Source: an uncultured Methanoregulaceae archaeon (GTDB taxonomy: Archaea > Halobacteriota > Methanomicrobia > Methanomicrobiales > Methanospirillaceae). Taken from it: DNA of 64,000 nt. The stretch spans positions 1,184,001 to 1,248,000 of the forward strand of contig OY970343.1 of NCBI GenBank assembly GCA_963717525.1, written 5' to 3'. Below the pieces are notes generated by a model. That model was not told the DNA's origin. It searched no databases and was given only the letters and a program-made list of their open reading frames with translations. Positions 29,987 through 40,791 of this stretch are shown piece after piece; position 1 is the first letter of the stretch; every line of letters starts with the position of its first letter. A program made the position numbers and the translations under genes.

Positions 29987-32817
29987 TCAGATCCGGATAA
30001 TAGCATTTTCCTGTTTTTTCCGCATGAGTGACTGGTAGACGAGGATCTTTTCTTCTTCGATCCCGGTGGCGGCAGATAGGATTTTGGCGTTAGCTGCAAT
30101 CAGGCTCTCGCCATTGATGATCCCGGCCCCGGCAAATTTATCCGCAATGGTCGCGGTCATGCCTTTAACCGAGAGCAGTTCCTTTCGCCCTTTTTCCAGC
30201 CTCGCTTTGGGAATCGTTACCGGTATAGGCCGGTGCAGGTATCCGCAGACAAGCGCCAGGTGCCGGTTCACGGTACCGACACTCATGCCGGTCAGCGTAC
30301 TCGAGCTTTTCAACGCCGGCGGCAACAAAATCTTCCGGGCCTTCGATACCCGCCGCGACGTATTTTTTTAGGCTCACCGCAGGGATACCAATCCCTTTCA
30401 AGAGCTGGCCGTTGTGGGTGATCCGGGCCTCGGTGAGAAGGGCACGGGCTTCGTTCTCGCCGATACCAGCCTGCTGGAGCGTCGCAGCACTCGCCCGTGC
30501 GAGGCTTGCCAGGTCGGTCACCCCGGACTCCTTTAACGCTCCCATGATCTTTGCATAGCTGCGCCCTTTCCGGGGGATCAGGTGATTTCTCATAAACTTG
30601 CGACATTCGGAGCGCCGGCGCAGTTTCTCGAGCACTGTTCCTGCCTCATCTTTGAGTTTCTGCGCTGTACCCGGTGCCAGATCAAGGGTTTTTGCAAGAG
30701 CATCAGGTTCGCTGCGGGCGATCTCGGCAACGGTATAGATATGGCGGGCCCGGGCTTTTTCGAGGAGCACCTCATCCATGGAAGGGATCTCGGTGAGCGA
30801 TTCTGCGTTGGAGCTGATATGGTGGCAGAGCGGACAGCCGATGTCCCAGGGGCGGGCGCCTTTCCGCACGAGGCGCACGAAATGGAGGTGGTGCTTCTCG
30901 CAGATATCATCGGTGCGGACCGCCCAGCCCCACTGGGTGACAGGAAGCCCGATGTTGAACGTACACTCAGGGTACCGGGAGCAGCCGATAAACTGGGTCG
31001 AGCCCCGCATATGCTTGATCGCCAGCGTCCCCCCACAGGCAGGGCAGCGGCCAAGATTGAGTTCTTCTGCCGTCCGGTCCCGGATATCATCCCCGATCAC
31101 CTGCTCGTTTGCCTCAAGCTGGTCGAATGCCTTATGCAGCATGCTGCGCGATTCTTCAATCACATCATCGGGAGTACGCCTGCTCTCTTTTATCTGCTGC
31201 ATATGCGACTCGATTGTCTGGGTCATATCGGGTCTGGTGATCGCATCGGCATTATGCTCGAGCGCCTCGGTTACGACACGGCCTACAAGCGTCGGGCGCA
31301 GCGGGTTCCCTTCGACGTACTTGCGGGAGACGAGTTTTGCGATCACCTCGTGCCTGGTACTCTTGGTCCCAAGACCGAGTTCCTCCATTCTCTGGATGAG
31401 CTTGCTCTGCGTGTACCGGGCCGGGGGCAGCGTCTCCTTTTCATCGAGGCTGACTTTTTTTATCGGCAGTTTCTCACCGTTGACAAAGACCGGGAGGATC
31501 GTCTCCCTGGCCTCGGAGAACGGGTATACGGTGTGCCAGCCCGGTTCTGTCAGGAGACCTCCGGTTGTTGTGTAGGTTTCACCGCCGGCATCGAAGTTCA
31601 CTTTCAGGGTTTGCCAGAGGGCATCCGGGGCAAGGGTCGCAAGGAACCGGCGGAGCACCAGTTCGTAGATCCGGAATGCATCGTCCCCGATCCCTTCCTT
31701 TGTTGCGACCCCGGTGGGATGGATTGGCGGGTGGTCCGTGGAGGACTTCTTGCCCCGGGTTGGCTCAGCGCGCCGGTGGGCGATGGTCCATTCCACGTCT
31801 TTTTTAAACGGTGAGTTCCGTATCGTGGCAAGCACGCCGTTTAAATCGAGCGATGCCGGGTAGACCGTGTTGTCCGTCCTCGGGTAAGAGATGTACCCGT
31901 TCATGTACAGTTCTTCAGCGATCCGCATCGCGTTTGCCGCTGAAAAACCAAGCCGTGCAGCGGCAACGATGTAGGTTGTTGTATCAAACGGCGACGGGGA
32001 CCGGTCCTGCTTTGTCCCTTCCCTGACCTCGGTCACCACGAGCGGTTCTTTTGTCCGGTCGCGGGCGAGTTCGGCAGCTTTCTGGTCTTTAAACCGGCCA
32101 TTCGTGTGCCGGGCCTCGATCTGCTCTCCAGACTTTTCCGTCAGGAGACCCAGCAGCCAGTATTTTTCAGGGACAAATTTCTCGATCTCCTTCTCCCGGT
32201 CGACGATCATAGTGAGGGTAGGGCTCTGCACCCGGCCCACCGAGAGGATATTGTTGCCCCCGCGGCGTGCGGCAAGAGAGATGAACCGGGTCAACGATGC
32301 CCCCCACATCAGATCAATGGATTGCCGCGCCTCACCTGCCGCGGCAAGGGCGAAGTCGAGATCTGTCGTATTCGCAAACGCGGACCGGATCTCCTGCGGT
32401 GTAATCGCGGAGAACCGGGCCCGGTCGATCTTCACGTCCCGGTTGACGGCCCGCACGAGCTCGTATGCCTCCTTCCCGATCAGCTCCCCTTCGGTATCAA
32501 AGTCGGTGGCAATAGTGACCCGGTCGGCATGACGGGCCAGTTTCTGGAGGAGAGAGACAATCCGTTTTTCGGTTGGTACCTTGATGGTCTTGGCATCGAT
32601 CAGGCTGCGGGGGGTGTACTTCTCGCTGCGCCAGTTTTCGTAGCCGGGCTCGAAATCGACCTCGACCACGTGGCCGCGCAGCCCGACCGTGGTCGTATTG
32701 CCGAAACTGTAGGTCGAGACCCCGGCATCCTTCTTCTCGATTACTTTGTGACCGCCGGCAAGGATCTCAGCGATCCTGATGGGCCGAGATGTTCTTTTCT
32801 GCAACGATCAGGTGCAC
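29987..32817 (-). CDS. topA: DNA topoisomerase I (type IA) with zinc ribbons and C-terminal helix-hairpin-helix-like repeats; apparent frameshifts near 32782 and 30301
   Basis: GTG start MHLIVAEKNISA, ATDFDTEGE, SVGRVQSPTL, ISYPRTD (catalytic Tyr), GLGTKSTR and CPACG...GCSRYPEC. Confidence 0.93.
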
Positions 32818-32823
32818 GTTAGA

Positions 32824-34273
32824 TCACTGCTCCGTATCCCTGAGAGCCGCAACCATCATCCGGTTAAGCTCGCCCGGATCGGCGCGACCCCGTGTTTTTT
32901 TCATCGTCTGGCCGACAAGGAAGTTCAGGGCCCCGTTCTTTCCGGCCCGGTAGTCTTCAACTGCCTTCGGATTCTCGGTGATCACTTCTTTCACGGCTGC
33001 CAGAAGCGCCCCATCATCCCCGGTAGTTTTTGCAAGATTTAACCGTACAACAATGGTTTCAGGGGCTTCAACGGTCTCTCCTTTGAGCTGCTCGTCGAGC
33101 ATGACCCGGAGAACCTCAATGCCGCTTTTGTCAGTAATGGTTCCGCCTTTGAGGAGGACGAGCAGGCCACAAAACCGTTGCGGGTCCACGGCGTCGATCC
33201 CCATGTCCCGGTAGTTGAGTTCGCCGGCAAGCGTATCGGCAATCCAGGTTGCAGCAAGGCTGCAGATTCCCTTCCGATCATCGGCAACTACAGCCTCAAA
33301 GAAGTTTGCCATCTTAAGTTCGCCGGTGAGAGTCCGTGCATGGTTAAGCGAGCAGCTGATACTGGGCAACAAACCGTTCGCGCCGTGCATTGGGGAGTTC
33401 GGGGAGCACGATCTCTTTTACCCAGGACTGGACGCGTAACGGCCGGAGATCCGGCTCCGGGAAATACCGGTAGTCGTTCTCCATCTCTTTTGACCGGGCC
33501 GACTGGGTGATCCCCCGGGCCTCGAGGTAGTGCCTCGTCTCGCGTTCGACGGTAAGGCCTCGCCGGATCAGGTTCTTCTGTCGGGTCACCTCAAAAGTAA
33601 GCCCCTTCTCGACCCCTTTATAGGAGGTGATATTCTTGATCTCCACGCGTTCGCTGCCCCGGAGCGAGATGTTGGCATCGACACGCAGCGAGCCTTCTTT
33701 TTCGGAATCAAAGACACCGAGATATTCGAGCGTGGCACGCAGCTTGTTTAAGAATTTCCTCGCCTCTTTTGGCGAGCGCATTTCCGGTTCTGATACAATC
33801 TCGATAAGCGGGATGCCTGCACGGTTATAGTCGACAAGGGAGTACCGGCCGCGTTCGGCGTTCCCCATATGCACGAGCCGGCCCGGGTCTTCCTCCACGT
33901 GGATGCGGGTGAGCTGGATCTTCCGCTCCTTGCCGTCGTCCCCCTCAATCTCGACATATCCTCCTTCTGCCAGCGGCTTGTCGTACTGCGTGATCTGGTA
34001 GGCCTTGTCGAGGTCAGGATAGAAGTAATTCTTTCGCGAGAACTCGGACTCGGGAATGACCGTGCAATTGAGCGCCTTTGCCACCCTCATCGCATATTCT
34101 ATTGCGCGCCTGTTCAGGGCCGGCATCGTGCCGGGCAGGCCGAGGCAGACCGGGCAGACATGGGTATTGGGGCCGTCATCCCGGTAATCGGTGGAACAGC
34201 CGCAGAAGAGCTTGCTTTTCGTATCAAGCTGGCAGTGGACTTCGAGACCAACGATAATGTCTGCGTCGATCAT
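32824..34273 (-). CDS. gatB: Asp/Glu-tRNA amidotransferase subunit B; apparent frameshift near 33360
   Basis: [22 protein letters not shown] and [10 protein letters not shown]; the C-terminal Yqey domain ([16 protein letters not shown]) is in the next frame. Confidence 0.95.
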
Positions 34274-35574
34274 GGCTTTACCGCCTGCTCGTACGCATAC
34301 GCAACGTCAACGACACGATCATCCTCGAACGGCCTGCCCATGATCTGGAGGCCGACCGGCATCCCCTGCACCTTCCCGCAGGGCACCGAGATCGCCGGGA
34401 TACCGGCAAGGTTGACCGGTACCGTGAGGATATCAGAGAGGTACATGGAGAGTGGGTCGCTCTTCTCACCCAGCTTGAACGCAATAGTGGGCATTGTGGG
34501 ACCGCAGATCACATCGACATCGGTGAACAGACGGGCAAAGTCCTTTCTCACGTTCTCCCGGGCGACCTGCGCCTTCGCGTAATATTTCCCGTAATATCCC
34601 GAAGAGAGCGCAAACGTCCCGAGCATGATCCGGCGCCGGACCTCAGGGCCGAACCCCTGCTTTCGCATGTCCTGGTATGCCGCATGCCACGATTTATTGG
34701 TATCGGCTGCCGGGCCGTACCGCACGCCATCGAACCGCGCGAGGTTGGAACTTGCCTCGCTTGTGCAGATCACATAGTAGGCAGCAAGCGCGTACTCCAT
34801 CGACGGGATGCTGCAGGGCACAGTTTTGGCTCCAAGCTCTTCGAGCCTGCCGATAGCGCGTTTGACGACCGCAGCAACCTCACGGTCGACACCTGCCCCG
34901 AAATATTCTTTCGGGATACCGATGCGCAGGCCGTCGATCTTCGCAGAAGGGGCATGGCAGTATGGCCGGTCATAGGAGGTGGAATCCCTCCGGTCATGCC
35001 CTGCAATCACCGACATCAGGAGCGAGACATCGGCGACATTTTTTGCCATGGGCCCGATTGTTTCCAGTGAGTTTGCGTACGCGATCAGGCCGTACCGGGA
35101 AACCCGGCCGTACGTCGGCTTAAGCCCGACAATTCCGCAGAATGCAGCAGGACAACGGATCGAGCCCCCGGTGTCGGTGCCAAGGGCCATCCGGACCATG
35201 CCTGCCGCCACCGCTGCAGCACTCCCTCCTGACGATCCTCCGGGCACTCTCCCGGTATCGCAGGGATTGAGCGTGGGGCCGAACGCCGAGTTCTCGGTGC
35301 TTGTCCCCATCCCGAACTCGTCCATGTTGGTCTTGCCGGCAATTGCAGCACCGGCATTTTTGATAAGCCCGACAGCATGGGCATTGTAGGGAGGGACATA
35401 GCCTTTGAGGATCTTCGAAGCGCAGGTGGTCTCGATACCCTGCGTCGATATATTATCCTTGACCGCTATCGCGATCCCGGCCAGTTTTCCCTCGCCGTGG
35501 ACGGGATTGGCACATACATTCAGGAATGCGTTGTACCGGTCGTCTGGTTCAAAACGGATCGTGTGCACGGCCAC
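34270..35574 (-). CDS. gatA: Asp/Glu-tRNA amidotransferase subunit A
   Basis: Amidase signature [21 protein letters not shown] and RRRIMLGT. Confidence 0.96.
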   Translation of the reverse strand: MAVHTIRFEPDDRYNAFLNVCANPVHGEGKLAGIAIAVKDNISTQGIETTCASKILKGYVPPYNAHAVGLIKNAGAAIAGKTNMDEFGMGTSTENSAFGPTLNPCDTGRVPGGSSGGSAAAVAAGMVRMALGTDTGGSIRCPAAFCGIVGLKPTYGRVSRYGLIAYANSLETIGPMAKNVADVSLLMSVIAGHDRRDSTSYDRPYCHAPSAKIDGLRIGIPKEYFGAGVDREVAAVVKRAIGRLEELGAKTVPCSIPSMEYALAAYYVICTSEASSNLARFDGVRYGPAADTNKSWHAAYQDMRKQGFGPEVRRRIMLGTFALSSGYYGKYYAKAQVARENVRKDFARLFTDVDVICGPTMPTIAFKLGEKSDPLSMYLSDILTVPVNLAGIPAISVPCGKVQGMPVGLQIMGRPFEDDRVVDVAYAYEQAVKP

Positions 35575-35843
35575 TACATCACCCGGGGTGCCTTTATAAA
35601 CCCGTCTTCCTGCGCACCGGCATTGCGCGTCGCCTCCTCCTGCGAAAGCGAGGATTCGACGATGTCCTCCCGGAATATATTATAGAGATCCCGGGCAACC
35701 GTCCCCTCGCCATGCACCCGGTCAAGCACGTCAAAATATTCCACAATGGCATTGAACTGGCCGGTAAAAGTAGCCAGTTCTGCGGTATCGATGCCGATAT
35801 CGGCAAGTTCCCCGATATGTTCCACGTCTTTTTCAGTGACCAT
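35574..35843 (-). CDS. gatC: Asp/Glu-tRNA amidotransferase subunit C
   Basis: 89 aa, REDIV...[10 protein letters not shown], directly upstream of gatA. Confidence 0.92.
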   Translation of the reverse strand: MVTEKDVEHIGELADIGIDTAELATFTGQFNAIVEYFDVLDRVHGEGTVARDLYNIFREDIVESSLSQEEATRNAGAQEDGFIKAPRVM

Positions 35844-36837
35844 GTTCCACCCGTCCGATGTGGTCTATGTAATCTTGCACGGACGTTTTATAACCATTTT
35901 TACGGGCAAGTTTTTTTAGTACTCCCCAGACACCGCTCCCGTACTGCATGGCTTTCTTGCCGTAATCGGCCAGTTCGGGAGGGATATGGCGCCCTGCAAC
36001 ATCGCGCAGCGGGATCTTCCTCACCCCGTCACGCACCTTCGCGTGGGCGGGGATCGCGCGTGCAGCGCGCACGACCCGGACATCAAGATAGGGCATGGAG
36101 AGGTACGTGCCGTGAAGGGCTGCGACTGCCTGGTCACGTTCGGCCTGGAGTTCCAGTCCCGCGACGTCCCGTGCGAGATCGTCTTCGAGAACGGGAGACG
36201 ACAGGTACCGGGCATAGCCGCCGAAGAGCTCGTCCGCCCCCTGCCCGGCAAGGATACGCCGGTACCCGTGCTCACCAGCCCACCGGGCAACGAAATACAG
36301 GGTGACTGCAATGCTGGTATTGACCGGGTCTTTTTTCGGGATCGCGGCGATCACCGCGGGGAGCGCGTCTGCAATCTCGTCTGGAGTTATTTCGACTTCG
36401 GTGCAGGAAAGGCCAAGGATCTCTGCTGCATGCCGTGCCCGTGAAAGGTCATGCGAACCTGCTAGGCCGACGGTCACGCATTCCCTCCTGGCAAGCGCGG
36501 CAACGAGACTTGAATCCACCCCGCCCGAGAGCGCGGTAACGCCCTCGTCGCTTCTGAGCCGGACCGCCGTAACAATCGCTTCTTCAAGGGTACAAGGGGC
36601 AGGATCCGGTTCGATCAAACACCGGACCTGCCTGTCACAGAAAAGCAGACCCTTGGGGCCCGGGCCCGGGATGATGCCGAAATGATCACGTGCATGGCAT
36701 GCACCAAACGAGAGGGAAAATTCACCGCCGAAGGTGCGGACCCGTTCCGGGTCCGTTCTCACTATCTTCTCAACCTCTGCCAGGGAAAGCCGGGTTCCGT
36801 CCTGTTCGACCCAGCCTGTACATTCAAAGGAGGTCAT
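35833..36837 (-). CDS. asparagine synthetase-like protein (AsnB synthetase domain, reduced N-terminal domain)
   Basis: LSGGVDSS PP-loop, GQGADELFGGY, PYLD, K.PLR and KKAMQYGSG. Confidence 0.85.
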   Translation of the reverse strand: MTSFECTGWVEQDGTRLSLAEVEKIVRTDPERVRTFGGEFSLSFGACHARDHFGIIPGPGPKGLLFCDRQVRCLIEPDPAPCTLEEAIVTAVRLRSDEGVTALSGGVDSSLVAALARRECVTVGLAGSHDLSRARHAAEILGLSCTEVEITPDEIADALPAVIAAIPKKDPVNTSIAVTLYFVARWAGEHGYRRILAGQGADELFGGYARYLSSPVLEDDLARDVAGLELQAERDQAVAALHGTYLSMPYLDVRVVRAARAIPAHAKVRDGVRKIPLRDVAGRHIPPELADYGKKAMQYGSGVWGVLKKLARKNGYKTSVQDYIDHIGRVEHGH

Positions 36838-37033
36838 GCACTCGCCGGATACAGTATGGAAACGGCATTGGATATAATGCGTGGCAATCGCGCAACCACG
36901 GATGGCATAGCCGGAAATGCTGGTGCCAGAGGAGAGACTGTGTCCGGCATGTGCCGGCCAGACGGTCTTCTTCACGTCCCGTCTCCCCGGGAGCCACGAT
37001 TCTTTTTATTGTACAGACGAAATACTATAGGGC

Positions 37034-37116
37034 GCGAGGGTACGAAAGTGGCCAACTCGGCTGGACTTAAGATCCAGTTCCGCAGGGATTCATGGGTTCG
37101 ACTCCCATCCCTCGCA
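37034..37116 (+). tRNA. tRNA-Leu(UAA)
   Basis: Acceptor GCGAGGG/CCCTCGC + A73; anticodon arm CTGGA-CTTAAGA-TCCAG; long variable arm; T arm ATGGG-TTCGACT-CCCAT; no intron and no encoded CCA. Confidence 0.95.
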
Positions 37117-37230
37117 TACGCGAGAATTTTTTCTCTTTTATTGTGAGTTTTCCCTGGAATACTTCCCGCTTTCACCCGTACGGAGCATATCAGGAGATAC
37201 CTTATCGGCTCACAGGAAGAACGATCCTGT

Positions 37231-37485
37231 ATGACTCTGATCAAAAAGCACCGGCTGCGGACAAAAAAAACCCTTACCGATAAGTTGCCTGAGATGCTCC
37301 TCGCTGCACTTGCCAACCACGAGGATTTTATCGTAACCTATGAGACCGATACGGAAACAAAGAAGCGATCCCTGTATATCATGACCGGGAGCCTGATCAC
37401 CCCGGAGATGCTTGCTATCCTCAAACAGGAGATCCAGCGCAAAAAAGATGAGGGAAATACCATCGTTACCCGGGACTGGAAATAA
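37231..37485 (+). CDS. hypothetical protein
   Basis: 84-aa ORF with protein-like composition followed by a T tract. Confidence 0.65.
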   Translation: MTLIKKHRLRTKKTLTDKLPEMLLAALANHEDFIVTYETDTETKKRSLYIMTGSLITPEMLAILKQEIQRKKDEGNTIVTRDWK

Positions 37486-37524
37486 GGAGAACTTTTTTTG
37501 AGGTGACGACCCCGGCGGCGTTCT

Positions 37525-37767
37525 TTAGTGCTCGTTGCCAGAGGACTCAGTCCCGATAATACGGGCCACCCGTCCTACCCGTCCGTCTTTAAGCCTCACC
37601 TTGATGCCATGCGGATGTGTAGGGGAGTTGGTCAGGACGTCCTTGACAATGCCCCGGGTCACTTTTCCGCCCCGCTGATCCTCTTTGAGGATGATGTCTA
37701 CAGTGCAGCCGGGGCGAACGGCGTCACGGCGCGTTCCGCTCATTCGCTGGTCAGGTTGTTTATCCAT
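37525..37767 (-). CDS. YwbE / DUF2196 family protein
   Basis: LKEDQR.G..TRG.VKD.LTNSPTHPHGIKVRL.DG.VGRV. Confidence 0.9.
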   Translation of the reverse strand: MDKQPDQRMSGTRRDAVRPGCTVDIILKEDQRGGKVTRGIVKDVLTNSPTHPHGIKVRLKDGRVGRVARIIGTESSGNEH

Positions 37768-37845
37768 GAATATCAGCAGCAGAGAGTGAGAAAGAGATTC
37801 GGCAGGTCTCAGGACAGGAGCAGGTCAGGGGCATAAAAAAAAGAA

Positions 37846-38598
37846 TCAGGGTGAGGGGACATTGTACGACCCGATGCCGGACTCAATCCAGCCAAGGGTG
37901 GTTACCCATCCGTGGTTCCCGCCATGCAGCGTCAGCATACTGATTGTGTTCTGGTACTCGTTCGATGCCGGGGAGAAGATTGTCCATGTATTTGTCCCAG
38001 TGACACTCGCGCTGATGGTCACTGTTGTTGCAGGTACAGCGGAATAATCTGCATAGGTACTGGTCAGGTACTGGAAACAGGAAGGAGTACTGGCAGATGT
38101 TGTGTCCCCAGCCGGACAGGCAACCGGGTGAATACTCTGGACCGGGCGGAATACTGCTGCATTTTCAACCGGCAAGGCCGTTTCGATCAGAGAAGGTGAT
38201 GATACGTTCACCATGAACGTTATCGTTGTCGGCTGTGCAGTCCCGTTGATCGCAGGCTGCCCGATTGTCCTTGCAGAGACTTTTAACAGCGTCGCCTTGC
38301 CGGTCCCAAAGAGCGTAAGGTTCCATTCAGCAGGAACCCCGGAAACGTCCCGGCTGCTGATCTCGGCTACCACCGGCGAGTTCCCGTTCGGAGCTGCTGG
38401 AACCGACAGGAAAAGCGTGACATTTGACAGCACGCCATCGGTCGAAATGGTACAGGTATACAGGTAGGTCCCGTTCAGAGAATTCCTGTATGCCGTATCA
38501 ATATATGACGAGTAGGAAAATACCGCAATGAAAAGCACCAGGATGACAATGAAGAGTCCCATCACAATTTTGATGATCTTATCCATAAGCTCCTCCAT
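37846..38598 (-). CDS. membrane-anchored exported hypothetical protein
   Basis: N-terminal hydrophobic helix followed by a Ser/Thr-rich beta-type domain with several N-X-S/T sequons. Confidence 0.75.
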   Translation of the reverse strand: MEELMDKIIKIVMGLFIVILVLFIAVFSYSSYIDTAYRNSLNGTYLYTCTISTDGVLSNVTLFLSVPAAPNGNSPVVAEISSRDVSGVPAEWNLTLFGTGKATLLKVSARTIGQPAINGTAQPTTITFMVNVSSPSLIETALPVENAAVFRPVQSIHPVACPAGDTTSASTPSCFQYLTSTYADYSAVPATTVTISASVTGTNTWTIFSPASNEYQNTISMLTLHGGNHGWVTTLGWIESGIGSYNVPSP

Positions 38599-38768
38599 GG
38601 CACCGGATCCACCACAGGAGGGCCGATCCCAGACAGGCCCTGTTTCTCCGGCACGCTAGAATACTATTCCGGGACACAGATGAAAAAGTATTGTATTTGC
38701 CGGGCAGGGTATCTGGCCCTGCTCCCCAAAACAGCATGACTATATGATCCGGTGCCGATCATAACTGC

Positions 38769-40097
38769 ATGGAACCGCCCCCTTCCCTTGTCCTTGCTAA
38801 TGTCCAGCTTCCTGAAGGTCGCAGGGCGGATATCACTATCCGGGACGGCAGGGTCGTCCATGCCGGAGCCGGGGGAGTTGCCGACCAGCGGATCGACTGC
38901 ACGGGCCTTTTTGTTCTCCCGGCAGCAGTTGACGTCCATGTCCATATGAGGGGCGGAATTCAGTCGGCAAAAGAGGACTGGAAAACCGGGAGTGCAAGTG
39001 CTCTTGCCGGGGGAGTGACCGTGGTTGTCGACCAGCCAAACACGGTTCCGCCCCTTACGACACCAGATGCATTCCTGGCCCGGGTCCGCGAAGCGCAGGA
39101 GCATTCGTCCTGCAGTTTTGCGATAAACAGCGGCGTTACCCCGGATACACCCGTCGGGGCGATGTGGGCGGCCGGGGCCATGGCCTTCGGGGAGATCTTC
39201 TTTGCCCCTTCCAGTTACGGCGAGGCGCTGGATACTGCGGAGCTCTCCCGTGCGCTCGGGCGCATCCGGGCACTCGGGGGTCTTGCCACGATCCACGCTG
39301 AAGGGATCGCCCCGGGAGAGGACACCGGCCTTGCTGTCCACGATGCACTGCGTTCACCTGAACGCGAGCGGGATGCAGTGATCGCAGTACAGGCCGGTAA
39401 CCCGGACGGGTGCCGGCTCCATTTCTGCCACATGAGCACAGCGGCGGCAGTCGAAGTGGCACACGGAACCGTGGAAGTGACGCCCCACCACCTCTTCCTC
39501 TCCCGCGAAAAGATCAGTGATACCGACTGCCGGTTCAAGGTAAATCCCCCGATCAGGAGCGAGAACGAACGGAAAAAACTCCGGGCGCAGTGGAACCGGA
39601 TCGATATCGTCGCATCCGATCATGCCCCCCACACCGTGGAGGAAAAAGCACTCCCGTTCCCCCGTGCGCCTTCGGGAATGCCGGGCGTGGAGACCATGGT
39701 ACCCCTGCTTATGGCCGATGTGCTCGACCGTAAGATCACCCTGCCCGACCTGATCCGGAAGACCGCCACGGTACCTGCGGCGCTCATCGGCATCCCCCCG
39801 TCAGGTTTTGCCCCCGGGGACCGGGCGGATTTTGCGCTGTACCCGCGTTCTGCGGTGACCGTGGAGCCGGATATTCTGCACAGCAAATGCGGTTGGACTC
39901 CCTTTGAAGGGCACCGCGCGATCTTCCCGAAACTGGTGATCCTTGGCGGCACCGTGGTATACCGGGAGGGGGAGTTTTTCCGCGCCCATCCCACCTGGTA
40001 TCCCGGAAAAGGATACATCCCACCCTCTGATCAGAGAGTTGTTCCGGATCTTGTTCGATCGCAGCACGAAACACTAAAGAGTCCACACAACAGATGA
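38769..40097 (+). CDS. pyrC: dihydroorotase
   Basis: DVHVHMR, DQPNT.P, EVTPHHL, KVNPPIR, ASDHAPH and SKCGWTPFEG. Confidence 0.92.
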   Translation: MEPPPSLVLANVQLPEGRRADITIRDGRVVHAGAGGVADQRIDCTGLFVLPAAVDVHVHMRGGIQSAKEDWKTGSASALAGGVTVVVDQPNTVPPLTTPDAFLARVREAQEHSSCSFAINSGVTPDTPVGAMWAAGAMAFGEIFFAPSSYGEALDTAELSRALGRIRALGGLATIHAEGIAPGEDTGLAVHDALRSPERERDAVIAVQAGNPDGCRLHFCHMSTAAAVEVAHGTVEVTPHHLFLSREKISDTDCRFKVNPPIRSENERKKLRAQWNRIDIVASDHAPHTVEEKALPFPRAPSGMPGVETMVPLLMADVLDRKITLPDLIRKTATVPAALIGIPPSGFAPGDRADFALYPRSAVTVEPDILHSKCGWTPFEGHRAIFPKLVILGGTVVYREGEFFRAHPTWYPGKGYIPPSDQRVVPDLVRSQHETLKSPHNR

Positions 40098-40114
40098 GGA
40101 AGGGTGCCGATAAA

Positions 40115-40277
40115 GCGCACCCATAGGTCCCCGGGTGATCGATTGGCAAGTGCCTGGAAATGATCCATGGGACAACCCGGGTGCGCGACAGGCATCGCCC
40201 GGCCGAGGGTTTTATCCACCGGTGAAGGACGGCAGCAGCCACTGGTGATCCGCGTGTGTTTAAGCCGGGCGACACTT
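40115..40277 (+). ncRNA. putative two-hairpin box H/ACA pseudouridylation guide RNA
   Basis: Hairpin 1: GCGCACCC/GGGTGCGC, then G-ACA (40188-40190), with GGTGA...ATGATCC K-turn motif. Hairpin 2: CGCCCGGC/GCCGGGCG, then ACA (40272-40274) and a T-rich tail. Confidence 0.7.
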
Positions 40278-40297
40278 TCTTTGTACACTGAGGCATT

Positions 40298-40621
40298 ATG
40301 TCCATGATGGCAGATGTACTTCTCGAAGACCGTAAGGGTACCATTCTTTTAATCGAGGTCACTGCCGGTGCAAAATCCGATCTCTTTCCTGCAGGATACA
40401 ATGAATGGCGAAATGCCATCGGATGCCGGGTCACGGCTCCTGCCGTTCACGGCAAAGCAAACAAAGCGGTGATCGGGATTATCAGCTCGACCATTGGGGT
40501 ACCGTCCTCTGCTGTCTCTGTCATTGCCGGGCTTACCTCATCTCAGAAAAAGGTGAGGATTGAGGGTGTCACGAAAGCCCAGCTAGCCGGGCTCCTCTTT
40601 TCAGAACGTGACAGAAAATAA
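40298..40621 (+). CDS. DUF167 / UPF0235 family protein
   Basis: VTAPAVHGKANKAV and G.TS.QK.V.I motifs. Confidence 0.88.
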   Translation: MSMMADVLLEDRKGTILLIEVTAGAKSDLFPAGYNEWRNAIGCRVTAPAVHGKANKAVIGIISSTIGVPSSAVSVIAGLTSSQKKVRIEGVTKAQLAGLLFSERDRK

Positions 40622-40791
40622 TCCGAATAGTCTCCGGAAAACAGGACATTTAAAAGGGGAGTGCTGACATTCGGGATGCTCTTAAAAACATATCCACGAA
40701 GATACACTTTAAGTAATTCCACGTGATATATATAATTTGTACCTATGATCAGGCATTTCATCCATCGCATGATACATGGGGGTGCGTTTAC

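Noticed and set aside
37116..38600. Integrated element at the tRNA-Leu 3' end
   Set aside because: No integrase, and I did not see a duplicated tRNA 3' end (att site) in the window.
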